64,000 nt of DNA from Carcharhinus longimanus (taxonomy: Eukaryota): positions 43,576,224 through 43,640,223 of the forward strand of contig JASCQW010000105.1 in assembly GCA_030264375.1 (NCBI GenBank), in the 5' to 3' direction. A program made the translations under genes and the position numbers. Below are positions 13,326 through 26,070 of the stretch, in pieces (positions within the stretch are counted from its first letter, which is position 1; every line of letters starts with the position of its first letter). Below the pieces are notes generated by a model, which saw only the letters and a program-made list of their open reading frames with translations, was not told the DNA's origin and made no database searches.

Positions 13326-14125
13326 TGGGGCCACTGTTGTTCGTAATTTTTATTAATGATCTGGATGAGGGTATAGTTGGGTGGATTAGTAAATTTGCTG
13401 ATNNNNNNNNNNNNNNNNNNNNNNNNNNNNNNNNNNNNNNNNNNNNNNNNNNNNNNNNNNNNNNNNNNNNNNNNNNNNNNNNNNNNNNNNNNNNNNNNNN
13501 NNNNNNNNNNNNNNNNNNNNNNNNNNNNNNNNNNNNNNNNNNNNNNNNNNNNNNNNNNNNNNNNNNNNNNNNNNNNNNNNNNNNNNNNNNNNNNNNNNNN
13601 NNNNNNNNNNNNNNNNNNNNNNNNAATTAGGATGAGATCCACTTCAGCCTAGCTGGGATCATATAGAATCATAGAACGATAACAGCTCAGGAGGCTGTTT
13701 AGCCCATTGTCCCTGTGTTGGTTCCCTGCAAAAGAGCTCAGCTACTTCAACTCCCTTGCCTTTTTCCAGTAGCCCAGAAAAAAAAAATTCTATTGTGACA
13801 ATTATCCAATTCCCAGTCTTAGTGGAAAGAACAACCAGAGCAGTCACAGGAATTACAATCTAGTAAATGAGGGGTGGTAGGATAGCTCAGGTGGAATTCG
13901 TAGTATGACATAGTTCAAAAACAAACGAGAGAGTACTGATCAGGAGGAAAACAATAGCAAAGCAATTGAACTAGAAGAGAGGAATAACAAACATGAGTAA
14001 AATATTAGAGCAGAATCATGCTTTAGGGTGTGCAGCCCAAATAAGGATTCTTTGCAAAAACACATTGAATATAAGGTACAAATTGGATGAATTCAGGGCA
14101 AGTTCAACTTGGAGGGTAAAACACA

Positions 14126-16039
14126 TGTCACAAAGCTATGCTGTTTAGTTTTGAAAATATGATTTTTCATCTTTCAATGGCTGGAAATTTTGCAATTCAA
14201 ACTGAGACACAGCGAGCTACTTAAAATGCAAGGCTGCACTCCAAGGTGAAGGTGAGAACCAAATACATCAGCCTCAGGGGACTGTGGAGAGAGACAGTTC
14301 CTATAATGCAGCCACCCATTGAAACTTGTGTCGAAGGAAGAGATATTAATAATGCAAAATACTGGATATTGAAACACTGGTTGCCACAGGCAGACACACC
14401 CAAAATCTCTCGGAAATTCACATTGGTGAGATATTTCAAGACCAGGCTGCTTAGCCACTGGTGATTGCAAATGATACAGGCAATGTTAAAAAGTCTTCAG
14501 CACAGGAAACAGGCTTAAGGCTACTCATACTCCCTCTCCCTCTTCTGGAACAAGTGTGTCACCTGGTTTGAGAAGCCAACTCTACTAATAACCTACCAAC
14601 AGACAGAGATCTTGTAATACTTGCAACATCTACATCTGACCACATCCAAGAAACCAACTAACAACAGTGTTTAAAATCTATGCCGTAAGGCCAATCAAAA
14701 AATGACGAACCATTTATCCCTTCACTATTTTTACTACTCGAACTCTCCATTTTACTGATACCTCTGTGATGTGTGTGCATCTCTGTGAGAATGTGCACAA
14801 CGACTGCATGAGGGTTGACTGCTTGATGTCACATTTTTATTATTTTTCTCAGGTTAAGTGGTTAATAAATTTAGTCTTTCTTTGACTGAATAAACCTTTA
14901 TTTGATCTGGCCTTACTGTTCCCAGTTTAAACAGTTAAATACATTATGATTTAGAAAAGCTATATCATTGTGAAAAAGAGGATTTTTTTCACTTGGTCAT
15001 GGGATGTAGGTGTCGCTGGACTGGCATTTAATGCCCGTTCTTTGGGGCAATTAAGAGTTTCTATAGAGGAAATAGGAGTGGGATACTGGAGAGTATCCCA
15101 CTCATGATCAGCCATGATCATGTTGAATTGTGGAGCAGACTTGAAGGGCCAAATGGCTTAGTCCTGCACCTAGTTCTCTAATGTTTAATCACATTGCAGT
15201 AGATCTGGAATCACATGTCGATCAGACCAGGCAAAAAAGCCAGAATTCTTTCCCAAAAAAACGTTAGTAAACTAGATGGGTTTTACAACATTCTACAATG
15301 GTTTCGTGGTTAGCATAAGACTTTTAATTTCAGATTTTCATTGAATTTAAATTCCACCATTCGTCAGGGTGGGATTCGAGCCTGGTCCCCAAAGCATTAC
15401 CCTGGGTCTGTGGCTTACCAGTCCAATGACAATAACACTACACCACTGCCTCCCCCTTAAATTATATAGGTTGTGACCAACCAAGGAAGTTAGACCACAA
15501 GATATAGGAGCAGAATTACGTTGGTCGGCTCACTGAGTCTGCTCCACCATTAATCATGGCTGATAAGTTTCTCAACCCCATCCTCCTGCCTTTTCCCCTG
15601 TAACCTTTGATCCCCTTACCAATCAAGAACCTATCTATCTATCTCCGTCTTATATAAACTCAATGACCTGGCCTCCATAGCCTTCTGTGGCAATGAATTC
15701 CAGAGCTTCACCATGTTCTGGCTGAAGAAGTTCCACCTCGTCTCGGTTCTAACAGGTCATCGTTTTGTTCTGTGGCTGTGCCCTCAGATCCTAGTCTCAC
15801 CTACTAAAGGAAAGATCATCCCCACATCCACTCTATCTAGGCCTTTCAATATTCTGTAAATTTCAATGACACCTGCCCTTATCCTTCTAAACTCCATCGA
15901 ATACAGACCCAGAGTCCTCAAATGCTCCTTATACGCCAAGCTTTTCATTCCTGGGATCATTCTCATGAACCTCATCTGGACTCTCCTACATTGAATGGAG
16001 GGGAGCTAGTTCACCCCCTTCTCACCTGGTTGTAAAACA
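14126..16039 (+). mobile_element. Probable solo LTR interrupted by a SINE (about 14995-15455) and a CR1 tail (about 15495-15985)
   Basis: TGTCAC start, AATAAA signals near 14865-14895, terminal ...cacctggttgtaaaaCA. No clear TSD. Confidence 0.45.
14995..15455 (-). mobile_element. Same SINE family with a nested CR1 3' tail (about 15060-15185)
   Basis: Matches the 10620 copy on both sides of the insert gatcagccatgatc..gaagggccaaatggc. Confidence 0.75.
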
Positions 16040-16089
16040 TGCCCAAGACGTGACTGCAAGATGGTCAACTCTGAGAACCAAATATACTA

Positions 16090-18590
16090 AGTTATAAAGG
16101 AAATATGAGAAAATAATCAAGAGATGTAGCTTTAGTGCTTAAGGATGAAAGCATTTCAATGAAAAGACAGGATATGAAGAGAGGTAAGCAGGCAGTGGCG
16201 ACCTTATGGGTAGAAATAATCAACGAGGATTTAAGAGTGTAGTGGCGGGTATGCATAAACCCTCCAGTCGCAGGTGTGAAGTACAAGATTGCAAAAATGC
16301 AGAATGTTTATAAGCATGTAGCGAAGGCATTGCTGTTTGAATGGGGAATTTTAATTTCCATATCATTTGGGATAAACAGACTCTAGCACATTTCAGAAAG
16401 AGAGTGAATTTGAGTGTGGCCAGGATAGAGTCCTGCAAAAGTATGTCACAGATGTATGATGAGGGCATGCCAAATTTTATTATGTAATGAGTAATGAAAC
16501 AGATTTAGTTAATAGCCGAACAGTGAGAGAACATTTATCTAATCGTGATCACAAGATTGAATTCAACACAGACTTTGAAAAGGAGAAGCACAATATGGGG
16601 CTAAGAATTTAGATTTTAGATAAGGCTGACTTCAATGTGGTGAGACAGAGACTGTCCACAGTTAACTAGGCAACTCTGTTAATGATCCGTTAACCAGAAA
16701 ATGAATGGGTGGCGTTCAAAAATGAATTTGTGATACACAACCAGTTCATTCCCCCAAGGCAAAGAACTTTACTTGCTAAATAGGGCACGAATGACTCAGG
16801 AGGTAAGAGATAACATAAAACTAAAATAAAACGCATATTGAAATGCAAAAAGTAGCACAGATCCTTGTTGAGGATAGATACAAGGAACCGCAAAGGGTGG
16901 CAAAACAAAGGGAAAACAACAAAATGGGAGATTGGAAAAAAACTGGCAAGTGATATCAAAACGAACACATTTTTACAGGCATGTTGGGGGAAAAGAGGCA
17001 GGTCAGGCCAATGTGGATCCCTTGAAAACTAACAACGGTGATATTGCCAATGGGAAATGGTGGACATGCTGAATAATTATTTTGTGCCAGCATTTACTGT
17101 ATAGGAAGAGGTCAGTATGCCAGACATCGCAACGAAGCTAGCACTGAATCAGGGACGTGTGGGAAAAATAGAATCATGAAGAAAACAACAGTACTAAAGA
17201 GTGGTAAGTACCCAAAACAAGATTGTTTCTATCCCAGTGTTTTAATGGAAGTAGGTGAGAACAATGCGGATGCACTAACTATAATCTTCTAAAGTTTTCT
17301 TGACTCTGGGATTTTTCTTTTTGATTGGAAAATTATTCACGCTACTCTGTAAAGTCAAAAGGGGGAAATTAAGAACATGAGAACATAAGAAATAGGGGCA
17401 GGAGTAGGCCATCTAGCCCTTCGAGCCTGCCCCGCCATTCAATAAGATCATGGCTGATCTGAAGTGGATCAGTTCCACTTCCCTGCTTTCTCCCCATAAC
17501 CCTTAATTAGAAAGATAGACCACTTCACCTAACATCTATTGTCAGAAAATGAAATGGTCTGTAATTAAAAACAAGGTGATGGAAGCACCTTAAATATTTT
17601 TAGCTGATGGGACAAAACTGCATAGATTTGTAAAAAGTGAATCGTGCTTGATGAAACCGATTAAATGTTTTGAAGAGGTGAGTAAAGTAGTAGAGAAGGA
17701 AATGACAATGGAATGTATACAGGCTTCTAGAAGGTACTTTATAAAGTCCCTTGTAAGACACTATTAGTTAAAGTTAAAACTCGGAATCGAAAGCAAATTA
17801 ATGATTTGATTAAAATTGGCTGACTGGCAGGAGACAGAGGATAGGTATCCTAAACACAGAATCACAGAATGGCCTCCAGTGCTGCAAATGTTCAGCCCAT
17901 CATGCCACACTACGCTCTGTAATTATTTTCCCGGAGTATTTCATCCCTTTTTGAAAGCCACAATCTGTTCCTGCCTCCCCCACCCAGTGCATTCCAGATT
18001 GTAACCATTTGCTACGTTAAAAAAATTTCCTCATTTTGCCTTTGGCTCTTTTGTCTATCATCTTAAGTCTGTATCCTCTAGCTATTGACCCTTCCATCAG
18101 TCCTAACATGTCTACCACTCACGATTTTTAGATTCTCAAATCTAATTTCAATCTACTTTGCTCAGAGGGAAGAACCACAGCTTCTCCAATCTATTCATGT
18201 AACTTAAGTCCCTACCCCTGGAACTATTCCAGTAATTTTTTCCACAGTTTTTCTCAACAAGATCTTCATGTACTTCCTGTCATGCCCAGGACTGAAGATG
18301 GTGTTTCAGATGCAGCCAAACCTTTTTTTTAATATAAAGTTTCATCATTATACTCTACAACCTTAAATTAAAGTCCAGAATCTAGTATGGTTTCTCCTGA
18401 TTGAGGAGTCTAGGACTAGGGAGCATAGTCTAAAATCAGAGCCAGACCATTCAGGAAACACTTTATATGCAAACGATGGTAGAAGTTTGAAACTCTTCTG
18501 CAAAAAGCAATTGATTCTAACTAAACTAATAACTTGAAATCTGAGATTGATAGTCTTTTGTTAGCCAAAGGCAGAAAAGGCTCACTAATG
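16090..18590 (+). mobile_element. Decayed CR1 ORF2 with nested antisense CR1 tails
   Basis: Endonuclease-like TLWVEI and MGNFNFHI segments, RT-like gattggaaaatt and ataaagtccct segments, 3' end at about 18390-18590. Nested inserts at 17371-17510 and 17855-18390. Confidence 0.75.
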
Positions 18591-19559
18591 TCCTGACCAA
18601 GCATGGGACCAAAGAGCCTTAGTAAAACTGAAACTGATGGGATCCGGGGATGGTAAAGCTCTCCACTGGCTGCAGTTACACCTAACACAAAAGAACATAG
18701 GAACAAGGAGCAGAAATAGGCAAATTCAGCCCTTCGAGTCTGCTCTGCCTTCAATCAGATCATGGTTGATCGCTCCCTGGTCTCAAATCCACCTCCCCAT
18801 CCGTTCCCCATATCCCCTTATCCTTTTTTTTAAAGAAATATATCCATCTCCCTCTTGAAACCATTCAATGATTCAGACTCCATAGTGCTATAGGTCAACG
18901 AGTTCCACAAATTCACCATCCACTGCAAGAAGTAGTTCCTCCTCAAGTCAGTTTTAAATCTATCGCCTCTCAACCTCAAACAGTTGAGGTCTGAGGACTG
19001 ACCCCCTGTGGCACCCTGCTAGTTACATTTCACCAGCCAGAGAAGGAGCTATTTATCCTGACCCTTTGCTTTTCTGTCAGTCAGTCAATCCTCAATCCCA
19101 TCTAATACTCTACTCCCAATCCCCGGGTAATGATTGCTTCTATGGAGACTAGCCTCCTCAGCCTCACAACACAGCTAGTAATCAATCCTGAGGCACAATT
19201 ACTTTCATCTGCCTTATAAGTAGCTTTCCCTCTTTTATAAAGTCTGAAATGGGGATATTTGTTGATGAGCACAATAATGTTCAATTCCACTTGCAGCTCC
19301 TCAGAAAATAAAGCAGTCCATGACTGTATGCAACAAGACCTGGAAAATATTCAAGAGAGCACCTAAATACTTCTGCTGACATTTGTCAGTTATACCATCT
19401 CCAAATTTGCCAGCATCAAGATGCTGACCAGGAAATTAACTGGACCAGCTTTACAAATACTATGCCTACGTTGGCATGTCAGAAGCTGGATATTCTATGG
19501 AGAGTGACTAATTCCCAAAAGCTCATCCACTATCTACACAACACTTGTACAGAGACAAC

Positions 19560-20310
19560 AACCAGCTCTATTCCACCACCACCTCTCCCAACCCCTCATC
19601 TCTATATCATCAGACTTGTCTCACATTCTTTTTCTTTGGGCTCCGTTATAAAATCCATTTCCTGAGTACCAACTCCATCCCTCTCTCCAGGCAACTGGTT
19701 GCGGCTGAATCAGACTGCTCACAATCTTGGCATCAATATTTGCTCATATCTCTGTCATTGCCAAGACCCTGTATTGCCCTTGTCTGATCCTTGCCTTGAT
19801 TAAGACACTGCTGCAATCCTTATCTATGTTTTTGTTACTTCTAGATTTGACCATTCAAGTGCACTCCTGGCTGGCCTCCCATGATCACTAGCTTCTGCCA
19901 TCCATGTTTTAACTTGCATCAAGTCCCATTAACCTAACATCTCTGTGTTCAGTGATATTTTGTGCCTTTCAGTTAAGCAATGCCTAGATATTAGAATGCT
20001 CTTCCAATTCCTATTTCCCCTGTGTCTTCAATCTTCTACATCTTATAAAACTCTGTGCTTCTCCAATTCTGGCCCCTTGAGCAGCTCCAATTTTAATCAT
20101 ACTGCCATTGGGGGCTGCCCAGGCTCTGAGCTCTGAAATTGCTTTCTTAAACCTTTCCACCTTTCTTTTCTACTAAGCCTTTCCTTAACATTTACTTTTT
20201 GACCGAACATTTGGTCACTTGCCCCAAAAACTCCTCATGTGGCATGTTGCTAATGATGCACCTGGGACATTTTACCATATTGAAAATGCTATGCAAATAA
20301 GCTGATGCTG
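19560..20310 (+). mobile_element. L2 3' region
   Basis: tttgttacttctagatttgaccattc..ctcctggctggcctccca and tail aaaatgctatgcaaataagctgatg. Confidence 0.7.
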
Positions 20311-21112
20311 AGTAGAATTCACTTCAGTTCAAAATAAAATTCAATTTAGTAACTTAAAGTAAAGAAATCAATGCTTGGTGACCCGGAAGAACAGTGATGC
20401 CTTACACCAAAAAAAAACAAGCAACAGCCTGGTATAGAACATACAACATTACAGCGCAGAACAGGCCCTTCGGCCCACGATGTTGCACCAACCAATTAAA
20501 AAAGCAATGACCCTTTAACCTAAACCAATCCCTTTCCATCCATAAACCTATCCACGGATCTCTTAAACGCCCCCAAACTTGGCGCATTTACAACTGCAGC
20601 AGGCAGGGCATTCCAATCCCTCACCACCCTCTGGGTAAAGAACCTACCCCTGACATCNNNNNNNNNNNNNNNNNNNNNNNNNNNNNNNNNNNNNNNNNNN
20701 NNNNNNNNNNNNNNNNNNNNNNNNNNNNNNNNNNNNNNNNNNNNNNNNNNNNNNNNNTATCAAGGACTCGCAGTAGCTGCTCCTTGAAAAAACTCCACAT
20801 TTCGGACGTTCCCAGCCCCTGTAGTCTCCTAGTCTAATCTATGCTTCCTAATTCTCTCCTAATAGCCTCATAATTACCCTTTCCCCAGCTAAAACTACTC
20901 ATACTCCATGAGTCATACTCATGGAATCATGTCTTACAGATAATGTCCCAGACACTACCATTATTATCCCTGGGTACGTCCTGCCCCATAGGCAGGACAG
21001 ACCCACCAAAGGTGGCAACGGTACAATGGTATAAAGTCTGGAGGGCGTTACCCTGGAGTCCTCCAAATTGACTCTAGACCTTATGAAATCTCATTGAACA
21101 GGTCATAAAAGA

Positions 21113-21750
21113 TGTAAGACTGATAATTCTACTAATTTTTGAGGTTTGTTGTGGATCTGTAACATCTATCGGTTTTATTCTTTAGCCACTTTTTAAATGG
21201 TTTAGTTAGTGAGATAATGGATAATCAAGGCAGGTGGAATTCTTTACAGGAAGGCTGTTGTTTGCAGAAATGATATTTCATGTTTTAAAAATGGTTTAAA
21301 AGTCTGTATTCAGAGCTCTGTTTGTAGAAATGTAAAATAAGTACATTTTTAGAATGACACCTTAAAAAATGGTTTAAACAAACCCTGCATTGATTTAATT
21401 GACTAACCACATTTATAGGGCAGCGCATGTGAGTTAGAGGGATACTTTTCTGTCCTCTCTGACATTAGGTATGAAGTGTTGTTAACAAGAGATGTGACTG
21501 TGAATGTTGCATCCAAAGGAAATGTATTATTTGTTTGCATTGGATTGTAAATTTTGAGGAAAGAAATAAACATTTGTCTTTAGTCTATATGGTTCTATTT
21601 ACAGAGATGGGGTGACATGAGATGTCTTGCATCCAAGCCAATTGAAGAGGTGAATTTGGATTATTTCTAAATATGGCTGCAGGAAAAATGAGAAATGTGG
21701 ATAAAAATTTGAAAAATCAGTCTTTATGGGCACAGTTTTACCATGGCTTA
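21113..21750. mobile_element. Possible partial LTR
   Basis: Starts TGTAAGA abruptly within LINE sequence; AT-rich composition like 9113-9959. Confidence 0.3.
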
Positions 21751-21839
21751 TTCATAGAACCATAGAATCCCTACAGGGCCAAAGAGGCCATTCAGGCCAT
21801 CAAGTCTGCACTGACTCTTCAAAAGAGCACCCCAATGTT

Positions 21840-22895
21840 AGTCGGAATCAGGGTGAAAACTTTCTGCTGGTTGGAGTCATACCTGGGAGAAAGAAAGATT
21901 GTGGTTGTTGGAGATCAATTACCCTAGCTCCAGGCCATCATTGCAAGAGTTCCTCAGGGTAGTGTCCTAAGTCCCAGCCATCATTGGTTGCTACGATGAC
22001 CTTCCTTCCAACATAAGGTTAAAAGTGGGGATGTTCATTGATGACTGCATAATTATCAGCATTGTTCACAATTCCTCAGATAATGAAGCAGACCATGTCC
22101 AAATGCAGCAAGACCTGAACAATATCCAGGCTCGGGTTGACAAAGTGGCAAGTAACATTCATGCCACACAAGTACCAGGTAATGACCATCCCAACAAGAG
22201 AAAATCCCTAACTATCGCTCTTTGACATTCAGTGGCAGTGGAATTCCGCACTATCAACATCCTGCGGGGTTATCATTGACCAGAAACTGAACTGGATGAG
22301 CCATATAAATACTGTGGCTACAAGAGCAGTTCAGAGGCTAGGAATTCTGCTGCAAGTAACTCACCTCTGGACTTCACTAAGCTTATCTACTATCTACAAG
22401 GCACAAGTCAGGGGCGTGATGGAATATCATCCGATTGCCTGGATGAATATAGTTCCAACAACAATGAAGAAGCTTGACACCATCCAGAACAAAACCATTT
22501 TCTTGACTGGCCCCTCATGCACAAACTTTCACTCCCTCCACCATCGACGCATAGTGGCATCTACAGAATGCACTGCAGGAACTCGAAGGCTCCTTAGATA
22601 GCTTGCCTCAAACTCTCCCACCAAGTAGGACAACAGCAGCAGATGCATGGAACCACTGCCACCACCACCTAGAAGTTGCCCTTCAAGTAACTCACCATCC
22701 TGACTTGGAAATATATTGCTATTCCTTCACTGTTGTTGGATCAAAATCCCGGAATTCCATCCCTAACTGCACTGCAGATGTAGCTACACCACATGGACGG
22801 CAGAGGTTCAAGAAGGGAGTTCACCATCATGATCTCAAGGGCAGTTAGGAATGGGCTATAAATGCTGCCTAGGCGGTGACACCCACTTCACAAAA
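21840..22895 (+). mobile_element. LINE (CR1/L2 group) 3' portion with RT motifs
   Basis: VPQGSVL, MFIDDC, STIYKAQVRGVMEY, and tail gggcagttaggaatgggctataaatgctgcc. Confidence 0.85.
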
Positions 22896-24169
22896 AATAC
22901 TCCCACTCCTTGACAAGTAACTAGACATAAGATCACAAGACATTGCTAGGTAGAACTGAAATTTTGTTTTTTTAAAGCATAATAATACGTCCCGAAGCTA
23001 AGACCTCACTCTATGAGCTGGATTTTACATCCCAACTGCCTGTTGGGATCATCGACTCCCAATGGACTTTTAGCTGGGTCACTGAATCTCCCCTGGCCAG
23101 ACCCATCATGATGGCACTGAAAACGCCCAATCTATATTTTTATAAGAATTACATGTGACATCACGGCTAATTAATAAATTGAAAAAAAAATACTGGACAA
23201 AGGTTCAAAATGACTAAAGCCGTTGCTGGCCATGACTGTCCTGGCATTCAGAACAGCCACCACCTCATTATCTCTGAAGTCATGCTAATGGCCCTATGTG
23301 ACTGAAGGGACCAAATCCAAGGCCATTTATGTTTTGAAGATCAAGGTCTGGTCAATGGAGCCAACTAATCTGTGATGACAGATCTGAAGAATCCAGACAC
23401 AGGAATATACATCTTTTGTCTGAACCAAAGTGGAGAAATGGGAATCATATCCCATGACCTCATTACTGGGAGAATCAGTTATGCCACCTTGTAGAGCTGC
23501 AAGACTAACACCTCCTCCGATATAGCAAGTAGCAGCTCAGAACTAGGGCTTGGTCCAGATGAATGTTTGGTCCCCATCCACACTGTTTCCACTGGAACTT
23601 CTCTACAAGCACCCACAAGATAGTCATCTCTATGTGCCCATCTTGCCATGCAAGTCATCTTTACTGGAAAAATGAATTATCCAGCATTAGTCTTCAACCT
23701 GTTATCACTGTGAAAGAACATACCATTGTACTTTTGATTTTGGATTCTGGACTCACAAAACAACTGCACCTTTTTCTTTTCTATATCCCTATTTTCTGGT
23801 ATTAATGTACTGGGGGATACTCCCTCCATGTTTCAGTGTTGTTACATAAACTAACCCTCTAATTTCACCCTATCTTGAGTTTGCTGTGGAATTGTTGACA
23901 GAAACTAGATGACACCAAAACCTAAGGGTTTGAGGGAAATACACCACCATTCATTAAGGAGAAAGTCAAAATCAAAACACTTTTTTGTTTAAATGTTTGC
24001 CGGGGGAGGGGGGGAGAGAAGAGGAGGAGGAGAGAGGCGGGTGGTGTTGGTGAGAGGAGAAATCAGAGCTGTTTAAATTAATCCCCCCTCCTGGCTGTGA
24101 CAAATACAATATTCCTAATTTAAATGGGTTCACTTTGAATGCATTTAAAATAAACATGAGACCCTTGAT

Positions 24170-24785
24170 TTCTATGGGCATAGAGAATTGAAAAGTAGGA
24201 AAGTTATGTTAAAATTATATAAAACCTTGGTAAGATCACATTTTGAACTGTACTGTGTACAGTCCAGTTTTTCATATTTTTAAAGGGATGCACAGATACT
24301 GGAACAGATGCAAATAAAGGTTCACAAGAATGATGCAGAAAGTGAAGATAATATACTTATCCGGAAAGGTTGAAAATAGGCTAGGTGGCTCTTCTCCAGA
24401 AAAAGAGAAAGCTGAAGGGTGACCTGACAGAAGTCTTCAAGATTATAAAAGGGTTGGTGGGATAAACATAGAAAAGATGGCTCCACTTTTGAAAAGAACA
24501 AAACTAGGGGCGATAAATCCAAGATTGTCACAAATGAATCCAACAGGGCATTCAGGAGAAAATTTTTTAGCTACCAGGGGTCAGAACATAGAACATGCTA
24601 TCACAAGTAATAGTTCAGGAAATCAGGATAGATACACTTAGGAGGAAGCTACATGAATATATGAAGGTGAAGGAAATAAAAGGATATATTGTTAGGGTTA
24701 TTGGAAGAATGGCAGGAGGAGGGTAAGGAAGCATAAATATTGGCATGGACTTGTTGGGCCTGAATGACCTATTTCTGTGCTGTAA
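24170..24785 (+). mobile_element. CR1 3' end
   Basis: LYKTLVR motif, agctgaagggtgacctgacagaagtcttcaagatt, tail ttgttgggcctgaatgacctatttctgtgctgta. Confidence 0.8.
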
Positions 24786-24985
24786 ATATTAATGTTTCTG
24801 AAATCATTATTTGATTAATTGCCAATGCAAGCCTGACTGATATATTATGGCTCATAAGTTAAGGTGTGATTTACTTGCACTTTTCACTACTAGATGCTCG
24901 CCCCCAATCTTAAATGCAACTAGATGTGTCCATTTAAAAAATAAATACATTGATTAAGAAATGTACAATCGTTGAAGATACGTAC

Positions 24986-25153
24986 AATCAGAGGAGAAGG
25001 TGAGTAAAGCAGCCGTCTCTCTGAATTTTCACGTGGACTACAGTCTTCTGTTGTGGAAGACTAGTCCTGGAGCATTATCTGTTTGCGCAATTCTCATTCT
25101 TCAAGGACTGCAGTTACTCCAATCCTTCATTACTCAGTTGATCTTTATTTTTG
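24986..25153 (-). other. ZBTB20: Probable upstream ZBTB20 exon (168 nt), apparently 5'UTR here
   Basis: Acceptor tttattctttctttCAG (25156-25154) and donor GATT|GTACGT (24985). Splicing to the main exon gives TCC TCT GAT T|GT AAC ATC AAT GGG AAG GGA ATG = SSDCNINGKGM, against recalled human SSDCDISCKGM with the same junction phase. The in-frame reading has four stops upstream. Confidence 0.7.
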
Positions 25154-25580
25154 CTGAAAGAAAGAATAAATAGAAACTAAGCACAGATCTCAGCAACTCA
25201 ATCTTCCAAAATATCAGCAACAGCAGCAAATGCAAAAGAACAACAAATGATGTGCATTTGTGGTGCTGTGCATAAACTATTCATTACTGCTACCACACCA
25301 TGTAGAATTATTTGCATCACTGCCTCCTAACCAATTTCATTAACTGTAATTTTTTGTAAGTGACATCAGCAGGCAGCACATTTCTCACTAAAGGCATCAA
25401 AGCTAATTCTAAAATATGCCTCACTACATATCAAAAATGGGTGAAAATTCAAAATCATCCATCCTACATTTTAGTGGAAGGTTATAAATCAGTACTGGAT
25501 ACTATTTATAGTCTTCTGATCTCGGTCTGAAAATCAAACAAGAATTCCCATTCATGAATACTGTACCCAAGCTTACTTAC

Positions 25581-25676
25581 ACAGAGTGCTGCTTGATCAA
25601 GGGACCAGAGGGCTGCTGCACCCAGAGACTCTTACCCCAATATGCATCAGGGCTACAGGAGAAAAGGACGATAAGG
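25581..25676 (-). other. Weak candidate 5'UTR exon
   Basis: Acceptor ttttatttttattttgcttTAG (alternative tttctcctgTAG at 25655-25653). Donor TGT|GTAAGT at 25580, with an inner GGG|GTAAGA. About 430 bp upstream of the 24986-25153 exon. Confidence 0.25.
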
Positions 25677-25711
25677 CTAAAGCAAAATAAAAATAAAATG
25701 TTGAGGAACTT

Positions 25712-26070
25712 CCATAATGGTTCAGTGGGTCACAGTAATGCATGGGTCATTGAGCCACGTGGACTGCAGATGTACACCTTTGACCCCAGAGTTTATGCTG
25801 AATGGACTAGATCTAAGTCAAAGTGGACATGGCACAACTTAACTTCAGTTTCCTTGGGATGGGGAGAGGGAATGAGTGGTCTATTTCCTCACATTCAAAC
25901 ATTATCCAGCAATTGTTGAAGTTGCGTGGGGATTACTCTCACATTTAATCCATCATTCTCGAAATCTGTGCTCAGGTTTGAGTCACTGATTTAGATGGAA
26001 ACAAAAAAAGACAGATTGTTGATCACTAGACTTTCTGAAATCTTTTACAGTGCCATGAGGAAATTCATAA
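25712..26070 (+). mobile_element. Old tRNA-derived (possibly LF-SINE-like) repeat remnant
   Basis: ggttcagtgggt..tgagcca..tttgacccc..tatgctga..cttcagtttccttggg..tatccag. Highly decayed. Confidence 0.35.

Noticed and set aside
24887-24930. Two ACTAGATG CTCF-like cores beside the UTR exon
   Set aside because: They lack the CC..GGC flanks, so the match is too weak.
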